This document shows positions 9,652-19,080 of a DNA stretch of 64,000 nucleotides, piece after piece. The stretch is taken from the NCBI GenBank assembly GCA_964536515.1, contig CAZHXI010000003.1, forward strand, positions 9,112-73,111, read 5' to 3'. Made by a program: the position numbers and the translations under genes. The notes under the pieces are model-generated. The model was not told where the DNA came from. It searched no databases and worked only from the letters and a program-made list of their open reading frames with translations. This DNA comes from an uncultured Gammaproteobacteria bacterium (GTDB taxonomy: Bacteria > Patescibacteriota > Patescibacteriia > CAYZDG01). Position 1 is the stretch's first letter. Every line of letters starts with the position of its first letter.

Positions 9652-10419
9652 CTACTCCTTGGCGGCCTTAGCCTTTGCCTTCTTGGCGGGCTTAGCCGGC
9701 TCGTCCGCCGCTGCCGAAGCTGCCTGCTCCAGCGCCTCGCTGCTGCCGATGAAGTTGAAGTGCTCCAGCAGAATCTGGTTGGCGGCTGCGACGGCAGCTG
9801 CCGGGGCAATGGTGCCGTCGGTCTCTACGCTCAGAGTTACCTTCTCGTAGTTGGTGAACTGCTCCACGCGGACGTTCTCTACCTTCATGCCGACGGTTAC
9901 GACGGGCGAGAACAGGGCGTCGATGGCGAGCGTGCCGATCTCCAGCCGCTCCTTCTCGCGCACCTCGACCGGCAGGTAGCCGCGGCCGCGCTGCACCGTT
10001 ACCTCCATGGACAGGGTCGCCTTGGCGTCGGTCAGCGTGCAGATGACGTGGTCGGGGTTGGCAATGGTTACCTGGGCGTTCGCGGCGAAGTCGCCCGCGG
10101 TGACGACCGTTGCACCCTTCGCCTTCAGGGTCAGGGTTACCGGCTCATCGCTGAAGCAAGCCAGGCGAACCTTCTTCAGGTTCAGGATGATGTCGATGCT
10201 GTCCTCCTTGACGAAGGGGATGCTGGAGAACTCGTGGGATACGCCGTCGAACTTTACCGCGGTAATGGCAGCGCCGGGCAGGGACGACAGCATGACGCGA
10301 CGGAGCGCGTTGCCGAGCGTGGTGCCGTAGCCGGGGTAGCAGGGCTCGATGGTAACCGTGGCCTGCTTGGGGCCCAGCTCCTCAACGGCTAGCGTCTGGG
10401 GGAGCGGAATGGTGCTCAT
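9652..10419 (-). CDS. rpoA: DNA-directed RNA polymerase alpha subunit, N-terminal domain only (255 aa; no alpha-CTD; Ala/Lys-rich tail)
   Basis: RpoA NTD motifs (LGNALRRVMLSSLPGAAIT...). The protein ends ...AAADEPAKPAKKAKAKAAKE with no helix-hairpin-helix CTD. Confidence 0.9.
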   Translation of the reverse strand: MSTIPLPQTLAVEELGPKQATVTIEPCYPGYGTTLGNALRRVMLSSLPGAAITAVKFDGVSHEFSSIPFVKEDSIDIILNLKKVRLACFSDEPVTLTLKAKGATVVTAGDFAANAQVTIANPDHVICTLTDAKATLSMEVTVQRGRGYLPVEVREKERLEIGTLAIDALFSPVVTVGMKVENVRVEQFTNYEKVTLSVETDGTIAPAAAVAAANQILLEHFNFIGSSEALEQAASAAADEPAKPAKKAKAKAAKE

Positions 10420-10443
10420 GGTAGCAGAGGTTTTGTTAGCGGC

Positions 10444-11058
10444 TTACTTAGAGTAGAACTCGATGATGACCTGGGGGTTGACCACGCCCTCGCCGTCCTG
10501 CAGCTCGGGCAGAGCGGTAACCTTGCCAGAGGCAGCGGTTCCCTTGGCCTCCACCTGCTGCAGCCAGCGCGGCGTGTCGTGCTTCATGATTGCCTCCGAC
10601 CGTGCAGCCCACGTGCCGCGGTCTGCGACGGCGTTGCGCATGCTGATGGTCTGGCCTACCTCTACCAGGCTGCTGGGCATGGTTACCCGCTTGCCCTCTA
10701 CCAGCACGTCTCCGTGGCTCACCATCTGGCGGGCGCCCTGCCTGGTCGGCGACCACCCCAGGCGGTAGATGACGTTGTCTAGCCGGCGCTCCAGCAGCTC
10801 CACCAGCCCCTGGGCGCTATCGCCCTTGCGGCTCATGGCCTGCCTAACGGTATTGCTGAACTGCCGCTCCATAATGCCGTACAGCCGCTTAGCCTTCTGC
10901 TTCTCGCGCAGCTGCAGCCCGTACTGGCTCACCTTGCGGGGTCGGCCCTTGGGGCCGTGCTGCCCCGGCGGGTAGTCGCGCTTGAGCACGCTGACGCCCG
11001 GCAGCAGCACGCCTTCGCGGCGGGCAAGTCGGGTTCGTGGTCCTGTGTATCGTGCCAT
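10444..11058 (-). CDS. rpsD: 30S ribosomal protein S4
   Basis: MARYTGPRTRLARREG... S4. Confidence 0.95.
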   Translation of the reverse strand: MARYTGPRTRLARREGVLLPGVSVLKRDYPPGQHGPKGRPRKVSQYGLQLREKQKAKRLYGIMERQFSNTVRQAMSRKGDSAQGLVELLERRLDNVIYRLGWSPTRQGARQMVSHGDVLVEGKRVTMPSSLVEVGQTISMRNAVADRGTWAARSEAIMKHDTPRWLQQVEAKGTAASGKVTALPELQDGEGVVNPQVIIEFYSK

Positions 11059-11068
11059 AGTTGTTACG

Positions 11069-11497
11069 CTAGACGCGGCGCGGCCGAGGTCGGCGGCAGC
11101 CGTTGTGCGGGATAGGGGTAACGTCGCGGATGGTGAGCACGTTCAAGCCGGCGGCGAACAGCCCGCGGACAGCCGACTCACGCCCAGACCCGACGCCCTT
11201 AACGTAGACGTCTACCTCCTGGAGCTCGAAGTTCTTCGCCTTCTCAACGGCCTGCTTAGAGATGAGGCTGGCGGCGTAGGGCGTAGACTTCTTGGGGCCC
11301 TTGAAGCCGAGGCGGCCGGCCGAGCTCTGCGCCAGGACGTTGCCGGTGGCATCGGTGAGGGTAACGACGGTGTTGTTGTAGGTGGCGAGCACGTAGGCGC
11401 GGCCCTTGTGGACGACACGCTTCGCCTTCTTGGTGCGCCTGGCCACCTTCGGGGCCTCCGCCTCTGCCTGCTCTACCTGCTTCTTATCGTCAGCCAT
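11069..11497 (-). CDS. rpsK: 30S ribosomal protein S11
   Basis: S11 core ...YVLATYNNTVVTLTDATGN... Confidence 0.95.
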   Translation of the reverse strand: MADDKKQVEQAEAEAPKVARRTKKAKRVVHKGRAYVLATYNNTVVTLTDATGNVLAQSSAGRLGFKGPKKSTPYAASLISKQAVEKAKNFELQEVDVYVKGVGSGRESAVRGLFAAGLNVLTIRDVTPIPHNGCRRPRPRRV

Positions 11498-11524
11498 AGT
11501 GCTTGTGTTCTAGGTTCTAGTCCC

Positions 11525-11914
11525 CTACTTCTTATCCACGCTGCGGCGGCCGCTGCCCATGGTGTGGCGTACGTTGCCGCGGATGGTACGGGAGTTGGTC
11601 TTGGTTCGCTGGCCCCGAACCGGCAGGCGACGGGTGTGCCTGGTGCCGCGGTACGAGCCAATCTCCTTCAGCCGCTTGATGTTGAGCAGAACCTCACGGC
11701 GGAGGTCACCCTCCACGTGGAGCTGCTTCTCGACCAGAGGTCGCAGCGCGGCAACCTCTGACTCGGTCAGGTCCTTGACCCGGGTATCGGGGCTAACCTT
11801 GGCAGCCGCTACCACCTTCTTGGCGGTAGTCATGCCCACGCCGTAGATGGCGGTGAGCCCGTGCTCGATGCGCTTGGCGTTGGGCAGTACGATGCCGGCG
11901 ATACGGACAGCCAT
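11525..11914 (-). CDS. rpsM: 30S ribosomal protein S13
   Basis: [27 protein letters not shown]... S13. Confidence 0.95.
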   Translation of the reverse strand: MAVRIAGIVLPNAKRIEHGLTAIYGVGMTTAKKVVAAAKVSPDTRVKDLTESEVAALRPLVEKQLHVEGDLRREVLLNIKRLKEIGSYRGTRHTRRLPVRGQRTKTNSRTIRGNVRHTMGSGRRSVDKK

Positions 11915-11923
11915 AGGTGATAG

Positions 11924-12037
11924 TTAGCCCTGGCGCTGCTTGTGCTTAGGGTTCGGGCAGATGCACACCAGCCGGCGGCGGCGTCGTACGACGCGGCAGT
12001 CGCGGCACATTGGTTTTACTGATGCTCGAACCTTCAT
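11924..12037 (-). CDS. rpmJ: 50S ribosomal protein L36 (37 aa; absent from the ORF track)
   Basis: Manual translation gives [37 protein letters not shown] with the L36 zinc-ribbon C-x2-C...C-x4-H pattern, positioned between rpsM and infA. Confidence 0.9.
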   Translation of the reverse strand: MKVRASVKPMCRDCRVVRRRRRLVCICPNPKHKQRQG

Positions 12038-12055
12038 AAAGCAGTGTTAGAAACA

Positions 12056-12307
12056 TTAGTAACGGTACACGAGGCGGCCCTTGGTGAGGTCGTAGGACGA
12101 CAGCTCTACACGAACCTTGTCCCCCGGAACGATGATAATGCGGTGCATCCGCATCTTGCCCGACAGGTGCGCCCGAACTTCGATGCCGTTCTCCAGCTTA
12201 ACCTTGAAGGTGGTGGAGGGCAGCACTTCCGTAACCTCCCCGTCGATCTCCAGGTTACCCTTACGGTTCGTCTGGATACCAACGTAGTCGAATGGATTTT
12301 CACTCAT
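12056..12307 (-). CDS. infA: Translation initiation factor IF-1
   Basis: S1-like OB fold: ...[38 protein letters not shown]... Confidence 0.95.
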   Translation of the reverse strand: MSENPFDYVGIQTNRKGNLEIDGEVTEVLPSTTFKVKLENGIEVRAHLSGKMRMHRIIIVPGDKVRVELSSYDLTKGRLVYRY

Positions 12308-12418
12308 GAACCCGGGCGGGCAACGTACTGAATGTACCGATTTAGTTTCTATGGAAACCTTCTAGCCTCCATAGAGCGTGGGAAGTATGCGGTTCCGGGC
12401 CCTCCCCTGTCAAGGGAA

Positions 12419-14221
12419 TCAGGCCCAAATACCCTTAATTCGCCTCACCCCCTGGCTAACCGCCTCTTCCTTAGCAATTTTGAAGGTTCCCAGCTCAGAG
12501 GTATTGTCCACATGGGGGCCGCCACAGATTTCCTTCGAGTAGTCCCCTACCGTATAGACCTTGACCTTTTCGCCATACTTATGTCCAAAGAGTCCGATTG
12601 CCCCGGCAGCCTTAGCCTCCTCCACCGTCATCTCTTGGCTAGTTACCGGCAGCTTGCGAGAAATCTGCTCGTTTACGGCAGCCTCCACACGTGCAATTTC
12701 ATCATCAGACATCTTGCCGGTGTGGCTGAAGTCGAAACGGAGTCGCTCGGCGGTTAGGTTGCTGCCGCGCTGCTCTACGTGCGAGCCGAGGACATCACGC
12801 AGCGCGCGGTGGAGCAGGTGCGTGGCGGTATGGAACCGCTTGACCTCATCGGAGTGGTCGGCGAGGCCGCCCTTGAACTGGCCAGCGGTGGCGGTGCGAG
12901 ATAGCTCCTGGTGCCTGCCAAGCTCCGCTCGGAAGGCCTCTAGGTCAACCGTCATCCCGCGCTCAGATGCGAGCTCCTGCGTCAGCTCGATGGGGAAGCC
13001 GTAGGATTGGTACAGGTCGAACGCCTGCTCGCCGCTCATCCCCGAGCCGCCGGAAGCCAGCTTCTCGAACTGCCTCAGCCCCGTGGTGAGCGTAGCCGCA
13101 AACTTCGCCTCCTCCTCGGCCAGCGCGGTGAATACGGCCTCGCGCCGCTCGGCTAGGTCGGGGTAGACGTGGGCGAAGCGCTCCAGCACAGCCCGGGCGA
13201 CGTCCACGACGAAGGCTCCCCGGATGCCCAGGGTCCTGCCCGCTCGAATCGCCCGGCGGATGAGACGCCGCACGACGTATCCCTGCCCCACGTTGGAGGG
13301 CAGCACCCCACGGCGGTCTCCGATGATGAATGTGGCAGCCTTTATGTGGTCGGCTACAACCCTCAGCCAACGGGTAGAGGCTCCGTCGGTGCCGTAGCGG
13401 ACGCCGGAGAGGCGCTCGACCGCAGCCACGATCGGCTGCACCAGGTCGGTGCGGTAGGCGTCGCCGCCGGTGCGGGCGTAGTCCAACACCGCCACCGTCC
13501 GCTCCAGGCCCATGCCGGTATCCACATTCTTCTGCGCCAATGGCTCGTAAGCCCCAGATTCGGTCTTACGGTACTGCATGAACACATTGTTCCAAATCTC
13601 CACCCACTCAGCTGGGTTCGTCTGGGGGTTAGTGGCCTGAGGATCGCCGGTGCCAACGTAGTAGAAAATTTCTGTGTCTGGCCCGCACGGGCCGGTAGTA
13701 CCCGCAGGACCCCACCAGTTGTCCTCTCGGCCCAGGAATACAATCCTAGACTCGGGGACGCCCTGGCCACGCCACAGCGCAGCTGCCTCGTCATCCTGGC
13801 CTATGCCAGCAGCGGCATCGCCGATGAAGCAGGTAACGCACAGCTTGCCGGGCTCGATGCCCAGCCAGTCGGGAGAGGTCAGGAACTCCCACGACCACGC
13901 AATGGACTCCGCCTTGAAGTAGTCACCCAGGCTCCAGTTGCCAAGCATCTCGAACACCGTCAGGTGGGTCTGGTCCCCCACCTCGTCTATGTCGCCGGTC
14001 CGCACGCACGGCTGGCAGTCTGCTAGCCGTCGGCCGGAGGGGTGATCTTGCCCTAGCAGGTACGGCACCAGCGGGTGCATGCCCGCCGTGGTGAACAGCA
14101 CCGTGGGATCGTTCTCGGGAATGAGGGATGCCGGCGAGATGATGGCGTGGCCCTTAGACTTAAAGAAGTCTAGGAACTTCTGCCTCAGCACGTCTCCGTC
14201 GATGGGCTTATCCATAGACAT
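12419..14221 (-). CDS. alaS: Alanyl-tRNA synthetase, truncated form lacking the C-terminal C-Ala/DHHA1 domain (600 aa)
   Basis: Class II AlaRS catalytic core plus editing-domain motifs (HTATHLL, CGGPHV); ends right after the editing domain. Confidence 0.9.
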   Translation of the reverse strand: MSMDKPIDGDVLRQKFLDFFKSKGHAIISPASLIPENDPTVLFTTAGMHPLVPYLLGQDHPSGRRLADCQPCVRTGDIDEVGDQTHLTVFEMLGNWSLGDYFKAESIAWSWEFLTSPDWLGIEPGKLCVTCFIGDAAAGIGQDDEAAALWRGQGVPESRIVFLGREDNWWGPAGTTGPCGPDTEIFYYVGTGDPQATNPQTNPAEWVEIWNNVFMQYRKTESGAYEPLAQKNVDTGMGLERTVAVLDYARTGGDAYRTDLVQPIVAAVERLSGVRYGTDGASTRWLRVVADHIKAATFIIGDRRGVLPSNVGQGYVVRRLIRRAIRAGRTLGIRGAFVVDVARAVLERFAHVYPDLAERREAVFTALAEEEAKFAATLTTGLRQFEKLASGGSGMSGEQAFDLYQSYGFPIELTQELASERGMTVDLEAFRAELGRHQELSRTATAGQFKGGLADHSDEVKRFHTATHLLHRALRDVLGSHVEQRGSNLTAERLRFDFSHTGKMSDDEIARVEAAVNEQISRKLPVTSQEMTVEEAKAAGAIGLFGHKYGEKVKVYTVGDYSKEICGGPHVDNTSELGTFKIAKEEAVSQGVRRIKGIWA

Positions 14222-14259
14222 GTATAGTCGCCAGAGCAGCCCCCGGCGTCAAGCAGGAG

Positions 14260-14484
14260 CTAAAGACCGAGGTGATCCTCAATTGCAACCACCCGACGGC
14301 TGAGCTGAGAGTGCTCAACCGTAGTAGCGAACTTCGGCAACTCAGCCTTAACCTCCACCATATCCGACTTCAGCTGACCCACGTCAGATTCCAGCCTATC
14401 GAACCTCTCCCCCATATCCAGGAAACCTTCCTGGACCATCTCCGCTAACCTACCGAGGGTCATTGCTGACGCATTGGACTCCAT
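14260..14484 (-). CDS. Hypothetical small coiled-coil protein (about 74 aa from the ATG at 14484; track ORF GTG at 14532)
   Basis: ORF between alaS and a membrane-protein gene in the same orientation; no Shine-Dalgarno. Confidence 0.35.
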   Translation of the reverse strand: MESNASAMTLGRLAEMVQEGFLDMGERFDRLESDVGQLKSDMVEVKAELPKFATTVEHSQLSRRVVAIEDHLGL

Positions 14485-14543
14485 ACGAGTTGATCTATGA
14501 CCCCTGTGGATTAGTGAGCGGTAAGGTGCCACCGGTAAGCTAC

Positions 14544-15245
14544 CTAGCCAACTTTCTCTGAATTACCCCGCCGACGCGGCCGGACGTCACGCAGGAAGTC
14601 ACGCCAGCGGTGCCAGTGCTGCAGCGCCGGGTAGTAGCGGCGAATGGTGAACGCAGCTACCAGCATGGCAGCGCCGCTCGCCAGCAAGTCGTACAGCGTA
14701 TCCAACGCCTCCCCTGGCTGGCCCGATAGGCGGTCGGCGGCGGAGAAGCCCGGGTGGAGGTAGCCGAGCGCTACGTCTACCGCTGCCTCGAACAGCTCCC
14801 AGCCTAAAGCTATGGCGAGGCCGCCGATCGCTACCACACCCAGGAGCCTTGCCTGGCTGGTACCCCGACGGTAGCGATGCCAGCGGTACGAGACGTACAC
14901 AATGGACAGCAGCACCAGCGTCAGCAGCTTGCCGAAGAAGTGCATGAAGGTGTCGTACCCAAACCCAAGGAGGTACGAATTGAATAGGCCGAGGTACCCC
15001 ACGGCATTCAGGAGGAGCAGCGTGGTCAGCACCAGCTCAGCCACGAAGACAAGCCTGGGGCGGAACGTGCCGGCGAACCCGGGAACGCCGTAGTACAGCC
15101 AGTGCGGCAGGTACAGCAGCAGCGCGATTACCGAGAAGCCGACCAGGTTCCACCACGTGCCCCTAGAGAGCGATAGGTAAACCCCTAGACCGGCGACCAG
15201 CAGGGCGCTCGAATTTACCAGCCATCGAACCCACTGGAGCTTCAT
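14544..15245 (-). CDS. Hypothetical polytopic membrane protein (233 aa)
   Basis: Six or more hydrophobic helices; ATG confirmed at 15243-15245. Confidence 0.6.
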   Translation of the reverse strand: MKLQWVRWLVNSSALLVAGLGVYLSLSRGTWWNLVGFSVIALLLYLPHWLYYGVPGFAGTFRPRLVFVAELVLTTLLLLNAVGYLGLFNSYLLGFGYDTFMHFFGKLLTLVLLSIVYVSYRWHRYRRGTSQARLLGVVAIGGLAIALGWELFEAAVDVALGYLHPGFSAADRLSGQPGEALDTLYDLLASGAAMLVAAFTIRRYYPALQHWHRWRDFLRDVRPRRRGNSEKVG

Positions 15246-15254
15246 TGCTCAATG

Positions 15255-16328
15255 CTACCGTATCACGCCCCCGCCGAGAACCTCGCGCCCCCGGTACAGC
15301 ACGGCATGCTGCCCGGGGGTTACCGCGCGTTCGGGCTGGTCCAGCGTTACCACCCAATGTCCCCTGACGCTAGCTACCGTCCCCCGCCTGGGCTTCTGCT
15401 GGTGGTAGCGGACCTCCACCGTGCAGCGCAGCGGCTCGGCTGGCTCTACGCCGCTGACCCAGTGCATATCCTCCAGCTGAAAGCGCCGCGAGAAGAGACG
15501 TGGATCGTGAGGGTCATTCGTAACGCGCACCACGTTCCTGCGCACGTCGGTAGCTACAACGTACCAGGGGCCGTCCGGCAGCCCCAGTCCATCCCGCTGG
15601 CCGACCGTGTAGAGCCACGCGCCCCGGTGCTTGCCCAGCTCACGTCCGCGGAGGTCTACGATCTTCCCCTGCCGTTCACGAATGTGGTGGCTGAGGAAGT
15701 CGAAGAGCTTAACCTCTCCCACGAAGCAGATGCCCTGGCTATCTGGCCTGGTCGCATTGGGCAAACGGACCTTCTTGGCCAAAGCTCTAACCTGGGCCTT
15801 CGTCATTCCACCGAGCGGGAACAGCGACCGCGCCAAAGTCTGCTGGCTGCTGCGGTACAGGAAGTAGCTCTGGTCTTTGCTCGGATCCGTCCCGCGCAGT
15901 AGACGGTACCTTCGGTGTCCCCGTGTTCCCGTATTCAGAACTCCGGCGTAGTGCCCGGTAGCCACGTAGTCGGCACCAACCTGCACGGCTCGGCGGAGGA
16001 ATGTGCCGAACTTTATCTGCTGGTTGCAGCGCACGTCGGGGTTCGGCGTACGGCCCCGCCGGTACTCGGCAAAGAACTCACGCAGCACCTGCCGGCGGTA
16101 CTCTGCGGCAAAGTTCCAGGTGTACAGGGGAACCTTAAGGTGCTCCGCGGCAGCCTTAGCTGCGTCATAGTCTGACTCCCAGCGGCAGTCGGAGCCCGGC
16201 AGCTGCGCCGGATCTACGTTCACCATGAACACGCCGAACACGTCGTAGCCCTGCCGCTTGAGCAGGTACGCTGCGACTGCCGAATCCACGCCGCCCGATA
16301 GGCCGACGGCCACCTTCCCCCTGCCCAT
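15255..16328 (-). CDS. mnmA: tRNA-specific 2-thiouridylase MnmA (start MGRGKVAVGLSGGVDS at 16328; track ORF to 16388)
   Basis: SGGVDS PP-loop, catalytic-Cys region and MnmA C-terminal barrel. The ATG lies 2 nt after the upstream gene's TAG. Confidence 0.9.
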   Translation of the reverse strand: MGRGKVAVGLSGGVDSAVAAYLLKRQGYDVFGVFMVNVDPAQLPGSDCRWESDYDAAKAAAEHLKVPLYTWNFAAEYRRQVLREFFAEYRRGRTPNPDVRCNQQIKFGTFLRRAVQVGADYVATGHYAGVLNTGTRGHRRYRLLRGTDPSKDQSYFLYRSSQQTLARSLFPLGGMTKAQVRALAKKVRLPNATRPDSQGICFVGEVKLFDFLSHHIRERQGKIVDLRGRELGKHRGAWLYTVGQRDGLGLPDGPWYVVATDVRRNVVRVTNDPHDPRLFSRRFQLEDMHWVSGVEPAEPLRCTVEVRYHQQKPRRGTVASVRGHWVVTLDQPERAVTPGQHAVLYRGREVLGGGVIR

Positions 16329-16330
16329 AC

Positions 16331-17230
16331 CTAACGGCGCGCGACCTGCTGGCTCTGCTGCGGCCACTCGTGCACCTTCCAGGCCCACTGCGCCAGAGCC
16401 TTTGCCGCGGCGAAAGAGGCGTCCTTGGTCGGGCTTCCGAACACTACTACCACCACGTCGCCCTTCCTATTCTTTGGCTGGCTCATGGGCCTCAGCTGGG
16501 CGACAAAGTTATTCTTAGATTCCTCCAGGTAGCCCGTCTTGCCGCCCACGACGTAGATAGAGGGATCGTTGGTCAGCAGCTTATTGGTGTTGACGATGTT
16601 CTTAACTTCGCCGGTGGACCGAACCACGAAGGTGTACTTACCCGTCTGGGCCGCACGCTGGATGGTCGGCTGCTGGAAAGCGTACGTAGCTAGCTTGGCG
16701 GCATCCAGAGCCGTAGCGCGGTTCTCCACTGCCATGCCGCTCGCATCGGCGAACGTAGCCTGCGTCATGCCGATCTCAGCCGCCTTCTGGTTCATCCTGG
16801 CTAGGAAGCGGTCGGAACCCAAGCCCGAGGTGCGCATCATGGCGGTGGCGGTATTGTTGGCTGAGCCGACGACGGCGCAGTACAGCAGGTCGCGCTTGCT
16901 CAGCTGGCTGCCCACGTCCACGCGTAGCCTGCCGCCGCCGACTTCGTCCTCCTGCGCCAGGGATACCGTGGCGTCCCAGTTCGGGTCCTGCTCGGCGTAC
17001 ACCAGCGAGGTCATCAGCTTGGTCACGCTGGCCAGCGGCCACTGCCAGTCCTGGTGGTACTGGTACAGTAGCTGGCCGGACGAGGCATCAACGACCACCG
17101 CCGCCTCCGCCTTAATTGACTGCTGGCTGAAGGCTCTGAACTGGGTATTGCGCACGGGAGCACTAGCGGCACTGGCCCCCATGGGGACTAGCAGGAAGGC
17201 TGCTGCTGCAACGGCGGCTACGGTTCGCAT
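16331..17230 (-). CDS. D-alanyl-D-alanine carboxypeptidase (peptidase S11/PBP5-like) with signal peptide
   Basis: Signal peptide; SxxK motif (ASVTKLMT), SAN-like motif (GSANN), KTG motif (GGKTG). Confidence 0.85.
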   Translation of the reverse strand: MRTVAAVAAAAFLLVPMGASAASAPVRNTQFRAFSQQSIKAEAAVVVDASSGQLLYQYHQDWQWPLASVTKLMTSLVYAEQDPNWDATVSLAQEDEVGGGRLRVDVGSQLSKRDLLYCAVVGSANNTATAMMRTSGLGSDRFLARMNQKAAEIGMTQATFADASGMAVENRATALDAAKLATYAFQQPTIQRAAQTGKYTFVVRSTGEVKNIVNTNKLLTNDPSIYVVGGKTGYLEESKNNFVAQLRPMSQPKNRKGDVVVVVFGSPTKDASFAAAKALAQWAWKVHEWPQQSQQVARR

Positions 17231-17289
17231 AGACGGAAGGCTAGCAAATATGGAAGCCGCCGGGAAGTTCCCGACGGCTTACCTGCGAA

Positions 17290-17460
17290 CTAGGCAGGGC
17301 GCACCCTGCGTCTCCCCGCTCGGTTCAGGAGCAGACATAGCCTGAATAGGCACCAGAAGGCAGCCATTGCGGCCAGGCCGAGAACTAGCTCAAGCAAGCC
17401 AACCGCTACGCTGGCTGTGCCTATGGCGAGTAGCTTGAGGGGCGATGGATATGTCCACAT
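17290..17460 (-). CDS. Small membrane protein (56 aa from ATG 17460, preceded by AGGAGG; track ORF to 17553)
   Basis: Strong Shine-Dalgarno 7 nt upstream of the ATG; one or two TM helices. Confidence 0.55.
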   Translation of the reverse strand: MWTYPSPLKLLAIGTASVAVGLLELVLGLAAMAAFWCLFRLCLLLNRAGRRRVRPA

Positions 17461-17556
17461 GTCCGGACCTCCTTTGAATGTGCAATCCTCGTTGGCGAGA
17501 AAGTACAGCCCAAACCTATGCGCTGTCAACGCATCACTGGGCGTCCCAGCCAACAG

Positions 17557-19050
17557 CTAGCGGACCTGCACCACGTCCAGCTTGGGCAGGACCTGCTTGG
17601 CCAGCTCGATCCTATCGACGGTAGCTGCGTAGCAGGTGAACAGGCGCTCGCCCTTGGCTACGCTGTCCCCAATCTTCTTGTTCAGGTAGACGCCGGCCAG
17701 CTTCTGCGACGGCGCACCCAGCGTCCGGGCCAGGTCGTTCAGGGCGCGGTTGTCTATCATCTTCACCTTGCCGGCGCGCGGAGCGTTGACGTACAGCTTG
17801 TTGGCGCCGAGCGTTACCTTCTCGGAATCAATGGTCGAGTCGCCGCCCTGGGCAGCAATGATCTGCTGCATCTTCTTCCAGGCTGCGCCGCTAGCAAGCT
17901 GCTTCCTAGCCATTTCGGCACCCCTGCCCTTGGCTGCCTTGCCCGCCAGCTCCAGCAGCTCGCTCGCCAGCTTAATCGCCTTCTCCTCCAGGTCTACGGG
18001 GCGGTCCGGCTTCTGCTGCAGCACGCGCAGCACGTCGCGCGCCTCCAGCGCCGGGCCAATGCCCTGGCCCACCGGGTCTGACGACAGAATCTTCATCACC
18101 TTTATCTTCATGCCGAAGCGCTTGGCCAGCATTACGAAACGCGCCTCCAGCTCCTCGGCCTTGGCCATGTCGGGAATCTTGGTCGTGGGGCCAACGGGCA
18201 TGTCGATGATGAGCGTATCCACGCCGCAGGCGACCTTCTTAGCCATGATGCTGACAAGCATCTTGGTGTACGGCTCCAGCGCCAGCGGGTAGCTGACCTT
18301 GATGATCTTGTCGTCGGCCGGCGCCAGGTTAAGGCCGCCGCCCCACACCAGGCAGGCGCCGACCTTGGCGACGATCTTCTGGATCTGCGCGGCGGTGAAG
18401 CTGACGGGCGCCAGCACCTCCATTGTATCCGCCGTGCCCGAGGGCGACGTAATTGCACGAGATGAAGTCTTGGGCATGAGCAGCCCCAGGCTGGAGACAA
18501 TGGGAATGGCGACCATGGTCGTCCTGTTGCCGGCGAGCCCACCCACCGAGTGCTTATCTACCACGGTGCCGCGGAACTTGAGCATCTCCCCCGTCTCGGC
18601 CATTGACTTGGTCAAGCTATACAGCTCGCCGTCGGTGTACTCGTGCGCAAAACTGGCGGCGACGAAGTAGGTAATCTGAATATCCGAGAGGTGGCCGGCG
18701 ACAATGTCGTCGATGATGGCCCTAATCTCAGCCTCGCTCAGCGTCTTGCCCAGCAGCTTCTTCTGAATCGCCACGATAGACTTGGGTCGCTCGGCGAGCA
18801 GCACCTGGATGGGCTCCATCGGCTTCACCTTTCGCTTCTGCCAAATCTCCTTGAATAGGCCAACCTCTCCGCGAGAAACCATCGAGGTAGCCGTGTTCAC
18901 CAGCACGGTAACGCTGGAGCTGCCCCACCGTAGCTCTAGCCGGTCGCCCGGCCGAATGCCGGCGTGGAAGGCATCGCGCTCGTGCAGGACTGCGACGAGC
19001 GGGTTGCCAGCTTCAAAGTTTAGCGCCTTGGCGCGGAGGAAGAGGGCCAT
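17557..19050 (-). CDS. AMP phosphorylase / thymidine phosphorylase family protein (archaeal-type long form, 497 aa)
   Basis: Pyrimidine-nucleoside phosphorylase glycosyltransferase domain (SVGGLAGNRTTM..., PVSFTAAQIQKI...) plus an about 80-aa N-terminal extension typical of AMP phosphorylases. Confidence 0.75.
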   Translation of the reverse strand: MALFLRAKALNFEAGNPLVAVLHERDAFHAGIRPGDRLELRWGSSSVTVLVNTATSMVSRGEVGLFKEIWQKRKVKPMEPIQVLLAERPKSIVAIQKKLLGKTLSEAEIRAIIDDIVAGHLSDIQITYFVAASFAHEYTDGELYSLTKSMAETGEMLKFRGTVVDKHSVGGLAGNRTTMVAIPIVSSLGLLMPKTSSRAITSPSGTADTMEVLAPVSFTAAQIQKIVAKVGACLVWGGGLNLAPADDKIIKVSYPLALEPYTKMLVSIMAKKVACGVDTLIIDMPVGPTTKIPDMAKAEELEARFVMLAKRFGMKIKVMKILSSDPVGQGIGPALEARDVLRVLQQKPDRPVDLEEKAIKLASELLELAGKAAKGRGAEMARKQLASGAAWKKMQQIIAAQGGDSTIDSEKVTLGANKLYVNAPRAGKVKMIDNRALNDLARTLGAPSQKLAGVYLNKKIGDSVAKGERLFTCYAATVDRIELAKQVLPKLDVVQVR

Positions 19051-19080
19051 AGCTAGGCTGCCAGTATAGCAGCCGAGGCC

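Noticed and set aside
12332-12757. Plus-strand ORF (141 aa) overlapping the 3' end of alaS.
   Set aside because: Antisense to alaS, with no RBS and a low-complexity translation.
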